From Mobula hypostoma (Eukaryota), in the NCBI RefSeq assembly GCF_963921235.1, contig NC_086107.1:104532001-104596000 (forward strand): a DNA stretch of 64,000 bases, read 5' to 3'. Within the stretch, counting starts at the first letter, position 1. Each line of letters starts with the position of its first letter. Shown here piece after piece: positions 63,020-64,000 of this stretch. The position numbers were made by a program, and so were the translations under genes. The notes below the pieces were generated by a model. The model was not told where the DNA came from. It saw nothing but the letters and a program-made list of their open reading frames with translations, and ran no database searches.

Positions 63020-64000
63020 CTGTGTGAACAAACATGTGCTTGGCATAGTTCTGTCTGGAGCTGAAAGTCTTCCCACATTGTGTGCATCCATAGGGTTTCC
63101 GCTCAGCTTCACTAGCAACCTGGCTGGCTGGAGCTGGAGCTGGAGCTGGCACTGCTTGGACTCCGTCTGGGAATACCGGGGGATTCTGACATGTTGTCTG
63201 AGCCGGAATGCTGGACATACATGTCTGGGAAGTGGAGGCCAATGTTGGAAGGTGAGGAGACTGGGGAAGGCCAATTTGGTAGAGGTTGCGGTGAGTAGTT
63301 GTGCTGGCCACGGTGGCATCTCCTTGAACATCATATTGTGAAGAGCAGCCCTGGTTACGTATGTTGGATTGCATGGTAGATCCTGGAAGGAAGTCTTGTA
63401 TAAATGTTGAAGACCGCGGGAATGAAGCCTCAAGCTGTGACTTGCAGTCCAATTTGCGATTTTGCTGTATGGCAGTGTCCTTCTCCTCTTTCTCTCCTTG
63501 CCAAAACGACTTCAGTTCATCCGGTAAGAGGTCACTAGCATTGAAAAATTCCATCTCTTCCCCTTTGTTGCTCAAACTCAGATGACCGCTAGAGTCTCTC
63601 CGGTCTCCCACTGCAGTCTGGTTGGGGTCAAAGGCATTTGCTTCGGGGACTTCCTCAGTCTGTTCGCCCTGGCTGACCGGCTCTGTGGTTTGATTGGTGA
63701 CAGTCTGGGCAGTGATGTTCTCCCCACAGTAAAGAAGGTCATCATCTTCTTCTTTGATGGTTACTTCACTTCCATCAGCCATTTGGAGTCTGATTGGCTG
63801 CCGCTGTTTGCGGCTGTGACTACCCTGCGGCAGCAGCCCCATCTCAGGTCGCTGGTTGGCTGCAGTGTTGTACCAGAGTGCGCGCACCTCGCTGTTCCGA
63901 CTGGAGTCCATGAGCGACAGGTTCTCCTGATCAGACACGGCCTGCTCTCCAGTTCCCTTCTGACGTGCTGCTGTCTGTTGCCTGCACAGCGTGGGGAGCA
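63020..64000 (-). CDS. ZBTB45: ZBTB45/ZBTB20-family zinc-finger protein, large internal exon (continues beyond window)
   Basis: Frame open to the window edge; low-complexity linker then first C2H2 finger [27 protein letters not shown]; donor G|GTAGG at 63019. BTB domain lies outside the window; ZBTB45 rather than ZBTB20 is inferred from residues and synteny. Confidence 0.75.

Overview
Vertebrate genomic DNA, most likely from a cartilaginous fish (shark/ray; inferred from the repeat families), with very high repeat density. Three host genes are supported by splice sites and protein motifs. (1) A complete 7-exon DHDH (dimeric dihydrodiol dehydrogenase, 330 aa) on + at 22779-29487, with a GC-AG intron 4. 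(2) A complete 5-exon RPS11 (158 aa) on - at 29867-33522, tail-to-tail with DHDH, with a 5'TOP/ETS/YY1 CpG-island promoter and a U35 (SNORD35) box C/D snoRNA in intron 2. (3) The 3' part of a ZBTB45/ZBTB20-family zinc-finger gene on - (63020->64000 spliced to 56406-56662). The rest is mostly mobile DNA: CR1, Rex/Babar-L2 and L1/Tx1 LINEs, RTE-derived elements, tRNA SINEs, Tc1, pogo/Tigger and hAT MITEs, a decayed two-LTR Gypsy with PNMA-like gag (35739-~42718), a TSD-flanked solo LTR with internal tandem repeats and a nested CR1 (17097-19562), and many Penelope-like fragments carrying minimal hammerhead ribozyme motifs. The best unexplained signals are a 28-bp tandem hairpin array with covariation (4893-5195), a nearby CCAAT/E-box/GC-box cluster, orphan exon-like segments in the first 7 kb, a possible relic of a fifth zinc finger behind the ZBTB stop codon, and an inverted repeat pair next to the ZBTB splice donor. 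I found no convincing wholly new system. All family calls are by eye, and repeat boundaries are approximate unless TIR/TSD coordinates are given.
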